From Patescibacteria group bacterium (GTDB taxonomy: Bacteria > Patescibacteriota > Patescibacteriia > UBA9934): 64,000 nt of DNA. Positions 9,943 through 19,997 of this stretch are shown piece after piece (position 1 is the first letter of the stretch; every line of letters starts with the position of its first letter). Made by a program: the position numbers and the translations under genes. The notes below the pieces were generated by a model that saw only the letters and a list, made by a program, of their open reading frames with translations, ran no database searches and was not told the DNA's origin. The DNA lies in NCBI GenBank assembly GCA_038064675.1, contig JBBTSM010000002.1, forward strand, positions 6,507 to 70,506, in the 5' to 3' direction.

Positions 9943-11265
9943 ATGCCAAATATTTTTCACTTTGCTGTTGCGGGGACACATTGTGCGAGTTGCGAGATTG
10001 TGATTGAGCGTGAGCTGAAGAAGCTTCCAGGCGTAGTGAAGGTTCACGCGTCGGCTGGTGCGAATACGGTTGATGTGACGATGCAGGACGGGAAGTCGAT
10101 CTCCGCTGATGAATGCACGAAGGTTCTGAAGCAGCACGGGTACACGTTCTCGGCATCGTCGACCTCAGCGAGGCCTTTTACGTGGGACCGAACGATTCTT
10201 GCAGCTGTAGCGATCGGCGTCATTTACTACCTTTTTACATCTACAGGAATCCTGAACTACGCTCCGGAAGAAGCAACGGGGAAGGGCTTGATCGCCGTGC
10301 TGCTCGTTGGCATTGTCGCGTCGTTCTCGTCGTGTACTGCGGTCGTTAGTGGATTTCTCGTCGCACTTTCATCAAAGGCTGCACAATCGAACGCTGCGCA
10401 GTCGTTTGTGACGAAGATGCGGCCACACTTCGCATTCAATATCGGTCGCATTGTCGGATTTGCTGGGTTTGGTGCATTGGTCGGTGCAATCGGAAGCCAG
10501 CTCGCACTGTCATCCACAATGAATGGCGTATTGATTGTTGCAATCGCACTCCTGATGATCGGCATCGGAGTGGATCTCTTGAATGTTCTTCCCGCGGGAC
10601 TCGCGATTCGTCCACCAAAGTTCTTATCTCATCGTATTCACGCGATTGTTGAGAGCAGGAGCCCATTCGCTCCAGCGATTCTTGGTGCGCTGACGTTTTT
10701 CTTGCCGTGCGGCTTTACGCAATCGATGCAGCTGTATGCATTATCGACCGGATCACCGATGCAAGCGGCACTGATTATGACCACGTTCGCTATTGGAACC
10801 CTTCCGGCATTGATCGGCTTTGGTGCAGCCACGTCGGCGTTCCGAGGAAAAGCGCTTGAACGTTTAACATTTAGTGTTGGCGCATTCGTTGTTGCGCTTG
10901 GTATTGCGAATGTTGGAAACGGCGCAACGCTTCTCGGGTGGCAGGGATTTTCGTTCGCAAGTTCAGCAACGACCGTTGCTGCTCCGGTGCTTATTGATGG
11001 AAAGCAACTTGTCATGATGGAGGCGTCGGCGTTTGGATACAATCCTGACGTCATTACCGTTCGGAAGGGATATCCTGTGGATTGGGAGATTTATGGCGGG
11101 AAGAATCTTGGCTGTGCGAGCTCGTTGATCCTTAACGCATTTGGTGTACAATCGACTATTCGTCCAGGCGAAAACACTGTCGCATTTACGCCAACAAAGG
11201 TGGGCACGTTCCCGTTTAGTTGTTCGATGGGAATGGTGCGCGGCACGATGGTCGTAATAGAATAA
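9943..11265 (+). CDS. HMA + DsbD_2/TauE-like + cupredoxin-domain membrane protein (copper handling)
   Basis: GTHCASC, SSCTAV, FFLPCGFTQSMQ, FSCSMGM. Confidence 0.88.
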   Translation: MPNIFHFAVAGTHCASCEIVIERELKKLPGVVKVHASAGANTVDVTMQDGKSISADECTKVLKQHGYTFSASSTSARPFTWDRTILAAVAIGVIYYLFTSTGILNYAPEEATGKGLIAVLLVGIVASFSSCTAVVSGFLVALSSKAAQSNAAQSFVTKMRPHFAFNIGRIVGFAGFGALVGAIGSQLALSSTMNGVLIVAIALLMIGIGVDLLNVLPAGLAIRPPKFLSHRIHAIVESRSPFAPAILGALTFFLPCGFTQSMQLYALSTGSPMQAALIMTTFAIGTLPALIGFGAATSAFRGKALERLTFSVGAFVVALGIANVGNGATLLGWQGFSFASSATTVAAPVLIDGKQLVMMEASAFGYNPDVITVRKGYPVDWEIYGGKNLGCASSLILNAFGVQSTIRPGENTVAFTPTKVGTFPFSCSMGMVRGTMVVIE

Positions 11266-11266
11266 T

Positions 11267-13429
11267 ATGAAATCTACTTTTCCAGTTTCTGGCATGCACT
11301 GTGCTTCCTGTGCGGTCAGTATTGCTGGTTCGCTGAAAGAGGTTCCTGGAGTAACTGATGCTGGAGTGAACTTTGCAACAGGGAAGGCGACGGTGGAGTA
11401 CGACGAGGCAAAAGCGACGATGGCGCATTTACATAGGGCTGTTGCTGACGCTGGGTATTCGGTGCCGATGCAGAGTCATGAGGGAATGGGCCAGGATTCC
11501 ATGAACATGGAACACGAACACGGCGGCGTTCTCGCTGTCGCGCGTCGTCGGGCGCTTTGGGCGTCGGCGCTTGCTGTGCCGGTATTGATTCTTGCGATGA
11601 TGGGTTCTTCAATTTCGTTTGCGCCGGACGTCGAAGCAGTGTTCGCAACGGTCGTTGTTCTGGTTTTTGGTGCATCGTTTCATGTAACGACGCTGAAGCT
11701 TTTGAAACGTGGTCGTGCGAACATGGATACATTGGTGTCGCTTGGAACGATTGCTGCCCTTGGTTTGAGCTGGTTTGAATTGTTCCGTGGTGGTGACTTG
11801 TACTTTGAGGCAGCTGCAGTGATTACTGCTTTCATTTTGCTTGGTCGTTGGGCAGAAGCAAAGAGCCGCGGCCGGGCAAGTGAGGCGATGACGAAGCTGT
11901 TGTCGCTCGCGCCAAAGACGGCGCGCCGCGTGGTTGGCGATGGCGTTGAAGAAGTCGCGATTGATACGTTAAAGATTGGTGATGTTGTGGTGGTCAAGCC
12001 TGGAGAAAAAATTCCACTGGATGGCAAAATCATTCAAGGCTCAACAACGGTTGATGAGTCGATGGTAACGGGGGAGAGCGTTCCGGCACGTCGAGTGGAA
12101 GGCGATGAGGTGATTGGCGGAACAGTGAATATTGACGGTGCATTGCGAGTTTCGATCACGAAAACGATGGATCAGTCTCTCCTCGCGCAGATTGTGAAGA
12201 TGGTCGAGGACGCACAGACAAAGAAAGCGCCAATTGAGAAACTCGCCGATCGGATCTCCGGTGTTTTTGTGCCGATCGTCATTGTGCTGGCAGTTCTCGC
12301 GCTTGTTGGCATGATCGTTTCTGGTGCATCGATCGACGCCGCGGTGATTTGTGCGGTCTCAATTCTCGTCATCGCTTGTCCTTGCGCGCTTGGTCTCGCG
12401 ACCCCGATAGCCGTATTGGTCGGAACTGGTGCCGGAGCTGAACGCGGAGTGCTTGTGAAAGACGGAACGGCACTTGAGCATGCTTCGAGAGTTACTCGAG
12501 TGTTCTTCGACAAAACAGGGACGCTGACTGAGGGAAAGCCGGTCGTAACCGACGTGCTTCCGTTTGGATTAGCGACGAAGGACGACGTGCTTACAAAAGC
12601 TGCTGACCTTGAATCGCTTTCGGAACATCCATTGGCCGCAGCGATCGTTCTCGCGGTCGGAGATAAGACTAATAGGACCAATCCGACCAATGTTCTCGTT
12701 ACCCCAGGAGAAGGCATCTTCGGATCCGTCGATGGAATGGACGTTGCCGTCGGCACAGAGTCGTTCTTGCGCGGTCGAGGAATGACGTTGTCCGACCTGG
12801 CATCGGCATTCGCACTCCGATCGGAAGGGAAGACCGTGGTGTTTGTTGGTACGAACAAAGAGTGTATCGGTGCCATTGCGCTTCGTGATGAGCCGCGCGA
12901 AGGTGCAGTCGAGGCGATTGCTGATCTGAAGAAGATGGGGATTTCCGCGACGATGGTCACCGGCGACCATGCAGATGCGGCGAAGGCGATTGCGAAGCGT
13001 GTGGGAATTGATGACGTTGTTGCCGAGGTAAAGCCGGGGGAGAAGCGGAATGTGGTGATGAAAGCACAGGAAAAGGGGGAAGTAGTGGCGTTTGTAGGGG
13101 ATGGAATTAACGATGCTCCGGCACTTTCTCAGGCAGATTTGGGGATTGCGATGGGTTCTGGGACGGATATTGCCATCGAGGCTGGTCATGTGGTCGTTCT
13201 CTCCGGCGGTCCAACGGCGGTTGTGGATGCTTTGCGGTTAACTCGGGCAACGTATCAGATTATCCGTCAAAACCTTTTTTGGGCGTTTGCGTACAACATT
13301 ATCGGGATTCCCCTTGCAATGCTTGGGTTTTTGACGCCAATGCTCGCTGGAGGGGCCATGGCGTTCTCCTCGGTTTCCGTGGTCTTGAACGCCCTTCGCT
13401 TGAGGAAGTATGGAAAGAAGGTTGCATGA
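11267..13429 (+). CDS. copA: Cu(I)-translocating P1B-type ATPase
   Basis: GMHCASC, TGES, CPCALGLA, DKTGTLT, SEHP, GDGINDAP, YN and MAFSS. Confidence 0.93.
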   Translation: MKSTFPVSGMHCASCAVSIAGSLKEVPGVTDAGVNFATGKATVEYDEAKATMAHLHRAVADAGYSVPMQSHEGMGQDSMNMEHEHGGVLAVARRRALWASALAVPVLILAMMGSSISFAPDVEAVFATVVVLVFGASFHVTTLKLLKRGRANMDTLVSLGTIAALGLSWFELFRGGDLYFEAAAVITAFILLGRWAEAKSRGRASEAMTKLLSLAPKTARRVVGDGVEEVAIDTLKIGDVVVVKPGEKIPLDGKIIQGSTTVDESMVTGESVPARRVEGDEVIGGTVNIDGALRVSITKTMDQSLLAQIVKMVEDAQTKKAPIEKLADRISGVFVPIVIVLAVLALVGMIVSGASIDAAVICAVSILVIACPCALGLATPIAVLVGTGAGAERGVLVKDGTALEHASRVTRVFFDKTGTLTEGKPVVTDVLPFGLATKDDVLTKAADLESLSEHPLAAAIVLAVGDKTNRTNPTNVLVTPGEGIFGSVDGMDVAVGTESFLRGRGMTLSDLASAFALRSEGKTVVFVGTNKECIGAIALRDEPREGAVEAIADLKKMGISATMVTGDHADAAKAIAKRVGIDDVVAEVKPGEKRNVVMKAQEKGEVVAFVGDGINDAPALSQADLGIAMGSGTDIAIEAGHVVVLSGGPTAVVDALRLTRATYQIIRQNLFWAFAYNIIGIPLAMLGFLTPMLAGGAMAFSSVSVVLNALRLRKYGKKVA

Positions 13430-13528
13430 AAAGTGGATTTGTGCTATAGTATCGTCGCTAAGCATCCGTGACGTCATTACTTCTCCGTGAGGAGCAGGGA
13501 ACGGCACTGGAGAAGTAACTAAGCCATT

Positions 13529-13786
13529 ATGGCAGACAACGCACGCGTTTTCGTAGGCGGCATCCCGTATGCAGCTACCGAAGATGAACTCAAGGCACTT
13601 TTCAGCGCAGCAGGTACAGTGGTTTCCGTTTTCCTCCCAATCGAGAAGGAAACTGGCCGCAAGCGTGGATTCGGCTTCGTCGAATTCAATACACCTGAAG
13701 AGCAGGAAAATGCAGTGAAGATGTTCGACCAGACCGATTTCGGTGGTCGCACGATCTCCGTTTCCCAGGCTCGCCCACGCGATTAA
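13529..13786 (+). CDS. RRM-domain RNA-binding protein
   Basis: RNP2 VFVGGI and RNP1 RGFGFVEF. Confidence 0.92.
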   Translation: MADNARVFVGGIPYAATEDELKALFSAAGTVVSVFLPIEKETGRKRGFGFVEFNTPEEQENAVKMFDQTDFGGRTISVSQARPRD

Positions 13787-13853
13787 TTCGCAAGGCGAAC
13801 TGGTGCGGAATCCAAAAATCTCCCGCGAGGGAGATTTTTGTTATACTCACGAT

Positions 13854-14903
13854 ATGGAAAAATCTTTTGGGCATCAAAACATCGCGAAGTGGTTCTTTCT
13901 CCTGCTGTTCGCTGGGGTTGGTTTTCTCTTTTGGAAAGTATTAGAGCCTTTTGTTCTCGTTCTGATGACAGCGGCGATTGTGGCGATTATCGTTACGCCA
14001 GTGGAGCGTCATGTGCGCCAGTGGGTAGGACATCCAAGGATTTCCGCACTCATTATGCTGGTACTGGTGCTCGCGATTGTTGTTATTCCTCTTGCGACGA
14101 TTGCGCTTCTTGCAGCAAACCAGGCGGTGCAGATCATTCAAGATACGGTTGCGAATCCGGTGTGGGTGCAGTCGTTTGACATTTCTTCTTTGCCACTCAT
14201 TCAGGCGCTTCCGAATGTATTAGTGGCACAGATTGCCGCAATTGATCTTGCAGAGGTTTTGCGAGGCGTTGCGACGTGGATTGTGAAGAACATTGGAACA
14301 ATTTTCGCGAGCTCTGCGGATATTATTTTCCAAACGTTCATCTTCTTCGTTGCGCTGTACTTTTTCCTGGTGGATCGTGAAAAGATTCACGCGGAGTTGT
14401 TGGCGCTAAGTCCTCTGAAGAACACCATCGATGAAAGTATTGCGAAACGGATGGTGATGACGGTACGTGGTGTGGTGTTTGGTTCGCTGATTATTGCGGT
14501 GATTCAAGGGTTTATTGCTGCGATTGGGCTCACAATCTTCGGTGTTCCTGGTCCGTTAATTTGGGCTGGACTTGTGGTGATTGCGGCACAGGTACCAATG
14601 CTTGGAACGTCGGTGATTATGTTGCCCGCTGTTGGTTATCTTGCACTTTCTGGACAGACTCCGCAGGCCATTGGTCTCCTGATTTGGTCGATGCTCGCGG
14701 TTGGTCTGGTTGATAATCTTCTTCAGCCGCTTGTTGTCGGGAGCAGAACGCGCATGCACGCACTTCTCATCCTGCTTTCCATGCTCGGAGGATTGAGCGC
14801 GTTTGGTCCAATCGGATTTATTTTCGGCCCGACAATTCTTGCCGCCTTCCTGGTGCTTCTCGAGCTCTACAAATCCGGAATTCTTGAAAAGACTCGCGTG
14901 TGA
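13854..14903 (+). CDS. AI-2E family transporter
   Basis: multi-TM, 'VDNLLQPLVVG...MHALLILLSMLGGL..FGPIGFIFGP'; start 13854 just after TATACT. Confidence 0.88.
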   Translation: MEKSFGHQNIAKWFFLLLFAGVGFLFWKVLEPFVLVLMTAAIVAIIVTPVERHVRQWVGHPRISALIMLVLVLAIVVIPLATIALLAANQAVQIIQDTVANPVWVQSFDISSLPLIQALPNVLVAQIAAIDLAEVLRGVATWIVKNIGTIFASSADIIFQTFIFFVALYFFLVDREKIHAELLALSPLKNTIDESIAKRMVMTVRGVVFGSLIIAVIQGFIAAIGLTIFGVPGPLIWAGLVVIAAQVPMLGTSVIMLPAVGYLALSGQTPQAIGLLIWSMLAVGLVDNLLQPLVVGSRTRMHALLILLSMLGGLSAFGPIGFIFGPTILAAFLVLLELYKSGILEKTRV

Positions 14904-15709
14904 CAACGGAAATAGTGATTTTTGGCGTTGGAATGATGGTTGCGGTGATCGTTTTGCTTTGGTTCCTTATCTGGCATTTCGTTACAAAATACAGTAAGCA
15001 ATTTCAACCTGTTTCTTCGTTGCAAATGAGCAAGAAGCAGATTCGTATGAGGCAGTTGAATACGGAAGTTCTTTTGACGGAGGAGGAAAAGCAGGCAATG
15101 AAAAAGCGAATGTGGCGGGTTGGAGCGATTGCTGGTGGTATTATTCTTCTTCTCATCAGCATCGCGGCTTGGGATTATTGGCGGTTTGTAGTGAGTGGTG
15201 AATCTGTGCAAGCAACGATCACGAGCGTGAGTAAACATCGATCATCCGGCAGACGTCATCGAACAACTTACACATATACGCTTCGCGCGGATATGGACGG
15301 TGTAGTCGTTTCGGATTTGTATAGTGCAGGAAGCTATGGCAGCTATACGGTCGGAGAAACGATAGACGCGTACGCGAATACATTCGGGACGCATACCGAT
15401 CTTGCGATTGCGAACATCGTTCGAGCTGAGCCTCTTACTGCTGGGGGCATGGCCGCCGTGGCAGTTGTCATTGTTGGTGTTGGGCTATTTGGACAGGAAA
15501 AATGCATTCGAACCGGTCGGGCTCGTATCGCCAACCTTCCCGCACGATTCCGTACAGCGCGACTTGCAGGTTTGCCGACAGCTTCAGGATCATCGACTAC
15601 TTCATCAGTCTCGGCTACTCCTGCGCTCACGACGCCAGACGGATTGCCGATGTATAATATCGGCGGTACTCGCGAGCTCCCAAAAGATGATTTTCCTAAA
15701 GATTCTTGA
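14900..15709 (+). CDS. hypothetical membrane protein (DUF3592-like)
   Basis: TM helices flanking 'VQATITSV...RRHRTTYTY' beta domain; GTG start overlaps the previous stop. Confidence 0.55.
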   Translation: MTTEIVIFGVGMMVAVIVLLWFLIWHFVTKYSKQFQPVSSLQMSKKQIRMRQLNTEVLLTEEEKQAMKKRMWRVGAIAGGIILLLISIAAWDYWRFVVSGESVQATITSVSKHRSSGRRHRTTYTYTLRADMDGVVVSDLYSAGSYGSYTVGETIDAYANTFGTHTDLAIANIVRAEPLTAGGMAAVAVVIVGVGLFGQEKCIRTGRARIANLPARFRTARLAGLPTASGSSTTSSVSATPALTTPDGLPMYNIGGTRELPKDDFPKDS

Positions 15710-15849
15710 GTGAACGATGTAACTCGAATGAAAGTAGACATCTTGATGACCACCGAACAGATTGTACAAATATCCTTTGCCGGTGTCGGTGGTGCGGCTC
15801 CGCTCTGAGCCCAAAGCTGGTTTCAGGAGATTGGAGAACTTCAGTTGTT

Positions 15850-15877
15850 TTGACGAAATGAGCATTTTTGGTACACT
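15850..15877 (+). promoter_or_regulatory. sigma70-type promoter of tRNA-Glu
   Basis: TTGACG-16 nt-TACACT with TG extension. Confidence 0.6.
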
Positions 15878-15894
15878 ACTCCCGTTCAAAAGAC

Positions 15895-15969
15895 GGCTCC
15901 ATCGTCTAATGGTTAGGACACGGGCTTTTCAAGCCTGTAACCGGGGTTCGACTCCCCGTGGAGTCACCA
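15895..15969 (+). tRNA. tRNA-Glu(TTC)
   Basis: cloverleaf GGCTCCA...TGGAGTC ACCA; anticodon arm CGGGC-TTTTCAA-GCCTG; GGTTCGACTCC T-arm. Confidence 0.97.
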
Positions 15970-17449
15970 AATGCGACTCACCCACAAGGTGAGCCGTTTT
16001 TGTTTGTAAGATAAGCGCTTTTTTGGCGGTTCCAAATTGTCCGTCTGCGAATGGCAAACCTTCGGGAAAAAGTAAGCTTTGGAACCGTAATTTATGGGTG
16101 AGTGAAAACGCTTCCCACGCAACGCGAGGGTTACGCATGATGTTGATACCGTACTCGACAACATGTCCGATTTCATCGGACGTGCGCGGGATTAGCACGA
16201 GCTCTTGCTCGCACTCGGTTATGGCCTTTTTCGTCTTTGCAACGAGGTCGCGGGTGGTATCATCGTCGAGTACTTGCGCGAAGTTTTTACGAGCAAAATG
16301 CTCCTGCTCACCTTTCAAAGAGAGGATTTGTTTCTCCAACTCCTGCCGCCGTTTTTCATTTGCCGTTCCCGCCGCCTTCCAATTTTCCTCAATCGCAATG
16401 CGCAGAAGAACAGCAAGCCCTTCGTCCATACACGACTGCTCCAAAATTGTCATAAATGCTTTTTCAATTTCCGCTTTCGCCACGTTTGACTTCGGGCAGA
16501 TGTTGCAGCGATAAAATGGGTAGCGCTGCCCGCTCCGTCCTTTTGATAGCGACGCGGTAAACCGATGGCCCTTCGGACAGGTAGCGAATCGTCGCAAAGG
16601 AAAATCAGCTCGTTGTTTTTGGTACTTCGGTGCGCATTTGTTCTGGCGAGCGAGTATCGCCTGCACGCGATCAAACAATTCTTCGCTCACAATTGGCTCA
16701 AACGTCCCTTTTACGGGTTTACCGTACTCCTTTGCGAACGCCCGAATGTAACCCTTGTATACGGGATTATGTAGGATTTTGTTCCAGTATTTTATGCAAA
16801 CAGATTTGCCGTTCAACCTCGTAAAGCCCTCTCCTGTGAGTACTGCGAGCGCTTCCGTTTGCGTATAGCCGTGCTCGACGAGCTCGAACCCGTGACGGAT
16901 ATGTCCTGCGTAGGGCTCATGTGGTGCGACAGTCGCCTTATTGAGTACACGCACCCGTATGAATCCAAGCGTCGGCCTCGAAATATACCTACCTTCTCCA
17001 ACGGCACTGACCATGCCATTACGCGATTTCAGTGCACGCAATTCATTATCGAGCTGCGCCATGCCAACGTACATGTTCTCAAAAAATCTTCCTTCTGGTG
17101 TGTCATCAGTGGGTTGGGTTACAGAAACACAGCGGACGCCCAATCGCTTGAAAAAAGCTCGCAGAACATGGAAATCGGCGCTGTCACGCGTGAAGCGCGA
17201 AAAGTCGTAGAAATATACGGTAGAAACCTCGTGCTTATGCGCCTCAACGTACTGCATCATCTTTCGAAGCTCGGTGCGGTCGATGGTTTTTGCGCTCTCA
17301 CCACGATCAATAAAAATACTTTCAGGAAGTACGGTTTCTCCCGCCGTAGTTGCTAATTTGCGACCCTCTTTTTCTTGAAAATCCAAACTCGTCCCTTTCT
17401 CGGCCTGACGAACGGTTGAGACGCGGTTATAGAGGACGGCAATTGGCAT
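15929..17449 (-). CDS. large serine recombinase 1 (resolvase + recombinase + Zn-ribbon), C-terminus antisense to tRNA-Glu
   Basis: YNRVST catalytic motif, GESAKT, DFSRFTRD, coiled coil, tail LVTPRGVEPRLQA taken from the tRNA. Confidence 0.93.
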   Translation of the reverse strand: MPIAVLYNRVSTVRQAEKGTSLDFQEKEGRKLATTAGETVLPESIFIDRGESAKTIDRTELRKMMQYVEAHKHEVSTVYFYDFSRFTRDSADFHVLRAFFKRLGVRCVSVTQPTDDTPEGRFFENMYVGMAQLDNELRALKSRNGMVSAVGEGRYISRPTLGFIRVRVLNKATVAPHEPYAGHIRHGFELVEHGYTQTEALAVLTGEGFTRLNGKSVCIKYWNKILHNPVYKGYIRAFAKEYGKPVKGTFEPIVSEELFDRVQAILARQNKCAPKYQKQRADFPLRRFATCPKGHRFTASLSKGRSGQRYPFYRCNICPKSNVAKAEIEKAFMTILEQSCMDEGLAVLLRIAIEENWKAAGTANEKRRQELEKQILSLKGEQEHFARKNFAQVLDDDTTRDLVAKTKKAITECEQELVLIPRTSDEIGHVVEYGINIMRNPRVAWEAFSLTHKLRFQSLLFPEGLPFADGQFGTAKKALILQTKTAHLVGESHLVTPRGVEPRLQA

Positions 17450-17472
17450 AGCTGTTTTGCGAAACGAACTTA

Positions 17473-17976
17473 TTATATCGTTCTGCGGCCATTACGAAGC
17501 TCCCGCAACTCACGCATAGCGCGGAGCATACGGTTCTCCACGTTCGTCTCGTATCGTGCGTAGATGCCGTACAGGCGTTCCATTGCCTCCGCTCCTACCT
17601 TTGGGGTGTATCCCGCACGTTCGACGACTTCCTCGCTCCACACCAACTCCTCGAATCCTGAAAAACCCTCCTTTGTTTTCGTGACGACAACACGGGGATC
17701 GAGGACGGACTGCACGAACTCACGCTCCGCCTTGGTGATGCGATTGAGTTTCACATAATGCACAGCGATGCGTTCGAGTAGGATGCTTTCCAGTGCGTTT
17801 TGTGGGGAGAACTCGACCCGAAGCTCGGTGAGTACGCCGAGCTCCGCATCCTTCTCATATTCGGTAAGTGTATCGCGCAACATGCCGTGTGTCGTCGCGT
17901 TATAGCGCGTCGCGGCCTTGCCTTCATCGGTTTGCGGGCCTCCGCCGTGCGTGGCCTGTTGTTTGTTATTGTCCAT
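17473..17976 (-). CDS. hypothetical protein with 'GPxTxEGK...NA..HG' motif, common next to recombinases
   Basis: GGPQTDEGKAATRYNATTHGML; ATG at 17976. Confidence 0.7.
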   Translation of the reverse strand: MDNNKQQATHGGGPQTDEGKAATRYNATTHGMLRDTLTEYEKDAELGVLTELRVEFSPQNALESILLERIAVHYVKLNRITKAEREFVQSVLDPRVVVTKTKEGFSGFEELVWSEEVVERAGYTPKVGAEAMERLYGIYARYETNVENRMLRAMRELRELRNGRRTI

Positions 17977-18106
17977 ATACTTCAATGAAAAGTTTTGCGA
18001 AGCGGTTCACCTCGGCGGTGATGTTGTCGCGCGTATCCTCGTCTCTAATTTCCAAACGGTCGAACTCCTTACGGAGTTTGGCCTTCAAGGCCTCGTGCTC
18101 GACCAT
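17966..18106 (-). CDS. 46-aa hypothetical protein (below the ORF-track cutoff)
   Basis: MVEHEALKAKLRKEFDRLEIRDEDTRDNITAEVNRFAKLFIEVYGQ*; stop overlaps the next start. Confidence 0.5.
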   Translation of the reverse strand: MVEHEALKAKLRKEFDRLEIRDEDTRDNITAEVNRFAKLFIEVYGQ

Positions 18107-18231
18107 ATCCAAATGCGGCGACTGTGCGCCACATTCGGTTCAAGGAGCTCTCGATGCCGAATGACAAAAGTTGTTTATTTATTATGGCTGCACACGTCGA
18201 GGATCTCTCGATCACGCATAGCCATACTGCC

Positions 18232-19068
18232 TTACGCTTTCTGTACTATCTCGCTCTCACACGTCACCATTTTTCCGCCCTGTACGAATATCGTAACCTT
18301 TTGATAATCGTGCGCCTTGATCGCATCGGTGATGTCTTTGGGGGACAGATCGCCGCGCTCTCGCTTCGTTCCTCGAAACGTAGTCACGTTGCCGTTCTTC
18401 AAGGCCACTTCTATCTTCTCGAAGTCACCAGAACGCATTACTTCAAGCACGTCTTTTTCTTCCTTACTCACGCTTCCTCCGCCAAGGAGCACTTCGCTGC
18501 ACACTTTGAACATTGGGCCGTAGTCGATGGAACCCTTCGTTCCGAGTTTGCCAAGGAGCTCGTTGACGAACTCGTGCAAGTTGATGCAAGTGAATGATTT
18601 TCCGCCCATGCCGCCGTAAAGGTTGATGGACACGGGATCGTAAAAATCCGCGCCAAGGTCTGGGGAGTATTTCAGGATGATGGGGATGCCGAGGAATGCA
18701 TAGCCGATTGCCTTTGCCGACAATCCCCTCGGCTCGGCAACAATGCCGCCCATTCGTGGGATACCTTCGTCCTTTTCTCCTTTGAAAAATGCTTTGTAAA
18801 GCGGGAGAAGCTGTTTGTTTGTAAATCCGTTTCGTTTGAGCTCCTGTGTTACAGCAAGGAAAATAAGCTCATTGAAAGAAAACTTGCGCCATTTGCCCTC
18901 GTCCTCCTGCGCGTCGAGGATGCCGTCTTTGCTCAAAAGGTGGATCTGCCGATAGGTGAGCGACGTATCGGAAACCCGAAAGTTTGGTTTGTTGATGAAC
19001 TCCAAGATATTCATTTTGGCGTCCATTCGTATCAAGTTGAGTTCTGCTGCATCGGAAAAATAGAGCAT
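18232..19068 (-). CDS. MerR-like HTH protein
   Basis: 'LTYRQIHLLSKDGIL...GKWRKFSFNELIFLAVTQELKRNG'. Confidence 0.65.
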   Translation of the reverse strand: MLYFSDAAELNLIRMDAKMNILEFINKPNFRVSDTSLTYRQIHLLSKDGILDAQEDEGKWRKFSFNELIFLAVTQELKRNGFTNKQLLPLYKAFFKGEKDEGIPRMGGIVAEPRGLSAKAIGYAFLGIPIILKYSPDLGADFYDPVSINLYGGMGGKSFTCINLHEFVNELLGKLGTKGSIDYGPMFKVCSEVLLGGGSVSKEEKDVLEVMRSGDFEKIEVALKNGNVTTFRGTKRERGDLSPKDITDAIKAHDYQKVTIFVQGGKMVTCESEIVQKA

Positions 19069-19201
19069 ATCGCTCTGTAGTGTAGCACTATGAATCGAAC
19101 GAGCAAGTTCGTTTTATGCACAGCACTTGAAATAGAACACACCCGCCGAGACGCAGGTACACGACGGGCGTGTTCCTTTGTCTCGTACGGGTGTACGAGT
19201 G

Positions 19202-19738
19202 CTACCGCTGCGGTTCGCCGCGATAGCTACGGCGGTGATCTTCCTCGCAGGACCGCGCCTCCGCCTCGCTGGCGCACGCGAAGGCGTAGCTATCGCCCCG
19301 CAGGTCGGTAGGGCCACCTCCGACTTTGACCCTGAACGGCGCGGGGTTGTTACCGCGGTAGAGGGAGACGAAGCCGAACTTGTCCGCCATCTCCTCACTG
19401 ACCGTGACCCAGTTCCTGCCGCATTCGACGATCCACGCCTTCGTCTCCTCGACGAGGGCGAGAGCGCCATCGCGGGTCTTGGTGCTGTAGTGCCCTTGCA
19501 ACCGCATGCCGTCCCCAGTCCTGATCTCGATGCGATAGATCTCCAACGGCGCGTACTGCCCGCCGCTGATCGAGAGGATCGCGGCGCTGACGATCTGCTT
19601 CTTGGAGCGAGGACAGGTGGCGGGCGGGTTCTCCATCATCAGGGTGAAGTGGTGGGTGTGTCCCTGAAAGAAGAAGAGATCGCCGATCAGATCGCTCTTG
19701 CTCGGTCCCGCGATGATGCGGAACGTTGTGGTAGCCAT
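19202..19738 (-). CDS. hypothetical orphan protein (GC-rich cargo)
   Basis: ORF with AAGGAG RBS and a downstream hairpin; no recognisable motif. Confidence 0.55.
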   Translation of the reverse strand: MATTTFRIIAGPSKSDLIGDLFFFQGHTHHFTLMMENPPATCPRSKKQIVSAAILSISGGQYAPLEIYRIEIRTGDGMRLQGHYSTKTRDGALALVEETKAWIVECGRNWVTVSEEMADKFGFVSLYRGNNPAPFRVKVGGGPTDLRGDSYAFACASEAEARSCEEDHRRSYRGEPQR

Positions 19739-19997
19739 AACGGCTCCTTCTGTGTTGAACACCTTCGTCGTTGAGAGTGAAGGTAAGCTCCGTTACGCCG
19801 CATCGCTGCCGCGCCACCTGACCATAACGGACAGGGATTTTCGAGCGTGTGCCCGTCGGCAGCCACGACTTTCGTCATGCTCACCGAAGGACACAGCTCC
19901 ACTATAACGTCATATTATACCAGAAAATGGATACTTTGTCAATAAAATATCTCGTAAATACGGCTAGTATTAGCCGTATAATCTTCCGCACCTCTGC

